A stretch of DNA of 64,000 nucleotides from Akkermansia sp. GTDB taxonomy: Bacteria > Verrucomicrobiota > Verrucomicrobiia > Verrucomicrobiales > Akkermansiaceae. The notes under the pieces were generated by a model, which was not told the DNA's origin, did no database searches, and saw only the letters and a list, made by a program, of their open reading frames with translations. The stretch spans positions 20,781 through 84,780 of the forward strand of contig JAZTYL010000032.1 of NCBI GenBank assembly GCA_045636905.1, read 5' to 3'. The position numbers and the translations under genes were made by a program. This document shows, piece by piece, positions 59,617 through 64,000 of this stretch (position 1 is its first letter; each line of letters opens with the position of its first letter).

Positions 59617-62304
59617 TCAGATATTATTTTCGGTCATGTGGAAGCGGAGCTTCACGGAGCCGAGCTCCACAGTGATGCCTTGTGTGAGAGTGAGTTGAGT
59701 ATGTATCTTGTCGTTGTAAAAGATTTTGTTGGTGGAGCCCAGGTCGTATATGGTCCAGCTGCCGTTGCGCTCACGCTTGATGGCGCAGTGGCGTGCAGAG
59801 ACGCTTCTGTCTGCCGGGGCGAGCACGAGGTCATTGTTTTCATCTCGGCCGATGCTGACGAGCGGTTCGATAACCCACCATTGATTGTCTGTGCCGGGAA
59901 TATCCAGTACGGCCAGGACGGTCTGCGGGGCGACACCCGGGGTGCCGGCCGGTACAATGGAAGGCTTGGTGGGCTTCACGGGCGGCTCCGGCGGTTCCGG
60001 GGCCGGCGGGATATCCGAATTGATGATTTCCTGCTCGGCCAGCTTTTTCTTGCGGCGTACGTAGGCGGCATACAGACCGACGAAGAGCAGCAGCGCAGCG
60101 CTGCCGCCTATGGTCGGGTAGAGCCAGGTGGGGGTGGGTTGCTCGACAGGGGGCTCGGGCAGGGGGGTATCTCTGCCCAGCAGTAGCAGCAGGTGTTCAT
60201 CTGCCACCTGTTCGGCAGTTATATTGCTGTTCTCGCAGTAGCTGAGCAGGCGTGCCAGGACCTCCTTGTCTGCGTCTGCCAGCCCCTCTGCTGCCTGCTC
60301 TGTGCGAATGGTGTGCAGTACAGCTTCGGCAAAGAGGGTTTTGAGTGTGGTGGCTGGCTCTTTCAGCTCCCGGACGATGGGTTGAAGCTCTGCTACGGCT
60401 TTCTGGATGAGTTCTGTCTCATCCGGGGTGGCTTTTTCTACCTCGGCCAGAGCCTTTGCTGCGGAAGTGCCACGGGAAATGATGTCGCGCAGCGTCTTAA
60501 GCAGGTCTGCCTCGGGCGTGGGCAGCGGGGTGCTGCGACCCAGCAGTTCGAGCATGTGCTCAGCGGTGAGCTTGTCTGCGGTAAGCTCTTTGTTGGTGCA
60601 GAAGGTGCGGATTTTCTGCAGCGCGGCTTTCTGCTCCTCGCTTATGCCGGAGCGCCCCAGCAGCAGCTCGAGCGCTTGCTGCTGTTCTTTTTCTGTGGTG
60701 TTTTTGAGCTGTTTTGCCGCATCGAGCATAGCTTCTGCCTTGCGGCGCAGGCCGAATGCCTCGCGGCTGATGGTGGGCAGGTCAGGGGTCTTGTTGGCCT
60801 CTGCCTCCGCCAGCATCTTAACGCTGGCGGCGCCGGCTGTAATGCGGGTGAGCAGCTGCTGCACAGCGTTGACCCCGGGGTAGGGCAGCGGCGAGGTGCG
60901 CCCGAGCAGCTCCAGCATGTGATTGTCGGTAAGTTGCTCCGCCTTCAAGCCGGTGTCGGCCTGCAGATTCTTCAGGTACTCCAGTGCTTTCTTTTCGGCT
61001 TCGGTCATTCCCGATTTTTTGCCGGCTGTTTCGATGGACTGTTTTACCTTTGCGGCATCTTTGCTCTTGAGCTCGCGGCATACGGGCAGAAGCTCAGCTG
61101 TGTGTTTGCCGAGCTCGGCAATCGCGGCCTGCACGGCGGCCGGATCGGCCGGCTCTTTGCTCTCTGCCTCTGCCAGTACTTTTATGGCTGTGCCGGCGGC
61201 GGATACACGCTTGAGAATGTCGGCGACGAGGGCGTCTGTCTCTGCAGTCGTGCCGGCTGCGGCCAGTTTGCATACGGTGTCAACAGTTTCGGGCGAGAGG
61301 GTGAGCCTGGCTTCATTGTTGCCGGAGATGCGGAACTTGAGCTGCAGCTCAGCACCGTCTGCATTTTCCGGGCGGTTGATGCTGAAACTGCAACCGGGAT
61401 GGTTGATTCTGCGGCTCAGTGTGTCTGCCAGAGTGCCTGCGGTGGTATCGCTGCAGGCGCTGTTCTGGAAGAAGAAGTGCCCCTGTGTTTTGGTGCAGAT
61501 ACGCTCGAAGGTGTTGACCTGGGTATTGCGCGGAGCTGTGGAGCGGAAGAAGGTGATGCAGCTTACGGCTACTTTTCGGGACTCGTGGTTGGCCGCATTG
61601 ATGAGGTCTTCGCTTTCTCCGGGAGCGCTGGCATCGTCTTCGCCGTCTGTCAGCAGCAGCAGCATACGCTTACGCCCCTGCGCTTTATCTGCCGGGCTCA
61701 GAGAGTTGATGAGTTTGGTGCTGTAGTGGTAGATAGCAGTGAGTTGGTGGGTATTTCCCTGACGCTTTGAGGCATTTTGGCGTAGCTTGTTAAGTTCTGC
61801 ATTAAGCCGGGCTCTGTCCTTGGTGCTTCCCAGCTCGCTCATTTCCGAGGACACCAAGTGTACTTGAACTGTGTCGTTTCTTCCACTGGCCTTCAGCAGT
61901 TGGTTCACGACATTCACGGCTTCTGCCAGGTAGATGCGTTTTTCCTTGCTTATGCGCATGGAGTTGGATTCATCGATGATAATGTACCAATCCGTCGGGG
62001 TTGTATGGCGCTCGAATTTCCAGTTCTCCACCGGCAGCAGGGTGGTGTTGTCGCCCTTGCAGAAGCTGGCTTCGCAGGAGGTCATGTCTGCGTAATCTGC
62101 TGCGCTTACAGCGCTGAACATCATTTTGCGCGTGGTGGGGTTGTAGTCCACCTTCAGCTTGGACGTTTCCAGACCGGACGCATTTACTCCCGTGGCAGGA
62201 AGCGGTACGGGAACCGCCCAGACTACCGGGGCTGCGGCGCTCCACAGGCAGAGGCCACCGAGGAGCGATGCATAACGCTGAACGTGAGAAAAGGTGTGTT
62301 TCAT
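59617..62304 (-). CDS. Signal peptide - vWA - helical repeats - TM - FHA protein
   Basis: MIDAS residues IIIDESNSM, LTAIY, LLLLTDGED; three H.L.LLGR..PLP-ending repeats; TM; FHA IGRD..ND..SVSARHC..DLGSTN. Confidence 0.85.
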   Translation of the reverse strand: MKHTFSHVQRYASLLGGLCLWSAAAPVVWAVPVPLPATGVNASGLETSKLKVDYNPTTRKMMFSAVSAADYADMTSCEASFCKGDNTTLLPVENWKFERHTTPTDWYIIIDESNSMRISKEKRIYLAEAVNVVNQLLKASGRNDTVQVHLVSSEMSELGSTKDRARLNAELNKLRQNASKRQGNTHQLTAIYHYSTKLINSLSPADKAQGRKRMLLLLTDGEDDASAPGESEDLINAANHESRKVAVSCITFFRSTAPRNTQVNTFERICTKTQGHFFFQNSACSDTTAGTLADTLSRRINHPGCSFSINRPENADGAELQLKFRISGNNEARLTLSPETVDTVCKLAAAGTTAETDALVADILKRVSAAGTAIKVLAEAESKEPADPAAVQAAIAELGKHTAELLPVCRELKSKDAAKVKQSIETAGKKSGMTEAEKKALEYLKNLQADTGLKAEQLTDNHMLELLGRTSPLPYPGVNAVQQLLTRITAGAASVKMLAEAEANKTPDLPTISREAFGLRRKAEAMLDAAKQLKNTTEKEQQQALELLLGRSGISEEQKAALQKIRTFCTNKELTADKLTAEHMLELLGRSTPLPTPEADLLKTLRDIISRGTSAAKALAEVEKATPDETELIQKAVAELQPIVRELKEPATTLKTLFAEAVLHTIRTEQAAEGLADADKEVLARLLSYCENSNITAEQVADEHLLLLLGRDTPLPEPPVEQPTPTWLYPTIGGSAALLLFVGLYAAYVRRKKKLAEQEIINSDIPPAPEPPEPPVKPTKPSIVPAGTPGVAPQTVLAVLDIPGTDNQWWVIEPLVSIGRDENNDLVLAPADRSVSARHCAIKRERNGSWTIYDLGSTNKIFYNDKIHTQLTLTQGITVELGSVKLRFHMTENNI

Positions 62305-62321
62305 ATCAGTAAGGAATTAGG

Positions 62322-63008
62322 TTATTTTTCAGGGGTGGAAGTATCTGCCTTGGGGGCAGGTGAATCAAAGGTTTTCATGTCAACTGTTTTGCGAGGATCA
62401 ATCACCTGTACAATGTAATGGTTTGTCTGCTCGTCGAAGTAAAGGTTGTAGAGTGCAGGTGTGTCCTCGTCGTGCAGCTGTACCAGCATTTTACCGCTCA
62501 GCAGCATGAGCGTGGCAGAGCCCGTGCAGCCTTCCAGCGTGCCGGAAACTACGACCTTGCGCGGGTCTTCCTCGACCTCCGATATGTCTACCCGGAAACT
62601 GTACTTCCTGCCGGGCAGAACCTCGATTTCGATGATGTCGCCTATAGCCGGCTCCTGCATGGGTTTGGCCCAGTCCAGTGCCTGCTCGGGCATGTGCTCG
62701 ATGATGTGCACCTCGGTGGTGCCATCTGCCGGGGTGTCTGTTATGGTGGCGCTTTGATCCGGCGACACGGTGATGACTTTGATGCGTCGGCCGGTCGTTT
62801 CGCCGTCCGTATCGGAGCTGATGACGGGGATGTCTCCCTCGGAGTCGGGGACGAGTTCTTCGCCGGGTGGAGGGGTATCAGCGGGCGTGTCGGTACCGAC
62901 CAGGTCTGTAGCCTGCAGGGTGCGGCGTGTGCAGAGAGTGGCGGTGCAGACCACTCCCAGAGCTATGGAGCAAATAAGCCCCCCGGTGATAAGTTTTTTG
63001 GATTGCAT
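62322..63008 (-). CDS. Membrane-anchored hypothetical protein, possibly protease-prodomain-like
   Basis: MQSKKLITGG + anchor, acidic Pro/Thr linker, beta-rich C-terminal domain. Confidence 0.6.
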   Translation of the reverse strand: MQSKKLITGGLICSIALGVVCTATLCTRRTLQATDLVGTDTPADTPPPGEELVPDSEGDIPVISSDTDGETTGRRIKVITVSPDQSATITDTPADGTTEVHIIEHMPEQALDWAKPMQEPAIGDIIEIEVLPGRKYSFRVDISEVEEDPRKVVVSGTLEGCTGSATLMLLSGKMLVQLHDEDTPALYNLYFDEQTNHYIVQVIDPRKTVDMKTFDSPAPKADTSTPEK

Positions 63009-63022
63009 GTTATAGAAAGTGT

Positions 63023-64000
63023 TTATTTTTTGATGATGCGGAACGAGCAATTACCCATTTGAATCACTTGGCCCCATTTGATTTTAACGCATTCGTCTTC
63101 TTTGAGCCATACTCCGTCGATACAGGTTCCATTGCTGGAGCCGGCATCTCCCATCAGCAGCATGTCACCCTTCGCATCCCGGCGAATTTTCAGTACGGCA
63201 TGACGTTTTGATACGGTGGAATCCGGGATAACGGTCTGGCTCTGTTTGGCATCCCGACCTATGTAGTAATTGTGTGCATTTTTTACAGCGACCAGGTCGA
63301 TATCGTAAGAGACAGGCGAGCCATTCGACAGTGTGCCTTGCAGAGTCAGGATGCCGGGTTGCGCATTCGGGATGGGCGGAGTCGGCGGCTTTACGTTGTT
63401 TGAATTATTCGAGTCAGCACTCATTTTCCGGCGGTAATTCTGCAGCCACATGAGGTAGCCCATCACAGCGGTGGACAGGAACATGAGCAGGCAGAATAAC
63501 AGCAGCGCGGTATCCACCCCATCCCACTCCCTGTGGAGCGGGGTGCTTCCTGAGGGGGTGGGGGGCGGGTTATCATCTCCGCCATCGTCCGGTTCAGGCT
63601 CGGCGAGCGGCTTTCCGGTGTAGGTGCCGTTTTTGTGGCGGGTCACCAGGCAGAAATTACCTGCCGGCGAGCCTTGCTCAGAGTCTACGGCGATGTAGAG
63701 CGGGGTGTTTCCCGGCACATTGGCCGAGATGCTTTGGATGAATTCGGAACCTGCATCCGTATTAACTGTATGTTCCAGTTGCTGGAGCTTGTTTTTTCCG
63801 GAACCGAAATAGATGCCCATAGCCGGGCGGAATCCTTCTGTCGTGATGCCTTTGCGCACGGCAACCTCCAGGTCGCCATCGGAAGGGGTAAGCACTTTGT
63901 ACCACACTGTTTTGCCGGAACCTCCGGCCGGCACGGGCTCGCCGCTTTCCTTCGTGCCACCTATCGTCGTGCCCAGAGTGCAGGAAATGTAGTTTTCAGC
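63023..64000 (-). CDS. Partial ORF (5' end off window): extracellular beta domain - TM - FHA
   Basis: Frame open to the window end (AENYISCTLGTTIGGTKESGEPVPAGGSGKTVWY); TM; canonical FHA IGRD..TVSKRHA..DAGSSNGT. Confidence 0.8.
   Translation of the reverse strand, partial: AENYISCTLGTTIGGTKESGEPVPAGGSGKTVWYKVLTPSDGDLEVAVRKGITTEGFRPAMGIYFGSGKNKLQQLEHTVNTDAGSEFIQSISANVPGNTPLYIAVDSEQGSPAGNFCLVTRHKNGTYTGKPLAEPEPDDGGDDNPPPTPSGSTPLHREWDGVDTALLLFCLLMFLSTAVMGYLMWLQNYRRKMSADSNNSNNVKPPTPPIPNAQPGILTLQGTLSNGSPVSYDIDLVAVKNAHNYYIGRDAKQSQTVIPDSTVSKRHAVLKIRRDAKGDMLLMGDAGSSNGTCIDGVWLKEDECVKIKWGQVIQMGNCSFRIIKK

Noticed and set aside
1-64000. Functional link between the WXG100 locus and the kinase/FHA island
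   Set aside because: Tempting because T7SSb uses FHA and pseudokinase parts, but the loci are about 44 kb apart with core genes between; no direct evidence.

Overview
GC-rich bacterial chromosomal segment. Gene content and style suggest an Akkermansia-like Verrucomicrobiota gut organism (inference). The middle is mostly housekeeping and mucin or amino-acid use: fabG, two SGNH esterases, a CzcCBA-like RND pump with a large His/Cys repeat, kbl, sdaA, tkt, rph, folC, ssb, holA, recA, lpdA, grpE-dnaJ-rsmE and an M3 peptidase. Two accessory minus-strand loci are cut by the window edges. LEFT (1-4080): an AT-richer operon with two tandem 97-aa WXG100-like proteins (central WKD), two Sel1/TPR-like proteins (one multi-TM) and an ORF missing from the ORF track that resembles the N-terminal part of an EccC/FtsK-type ATPase, i.e. 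a candidate type VII/ESX-like system in a diderm. RIGHT (47.8-64 kb): a transmembrane phospho-threonine signalling island with two receptor-like FHA proteins (one with vWA), a tandem-FHA adaptor, a double-PP2C-TM-ankyrin phosphatase, a kinase-TM-ankyrin protein, a membrane-anchored ankyrin protein and four paralogous split-ankyrin lipoproteins. Also seen: an unannotated 47-aa ribbon-helix-helix gene, a candidate sRNA, a duplicated palindromic operator, and many sigma70 promoters only 6-10 nt before start codons (leaderless or very short leaders). All product calls come from motifs read by eye; no database searches were run.
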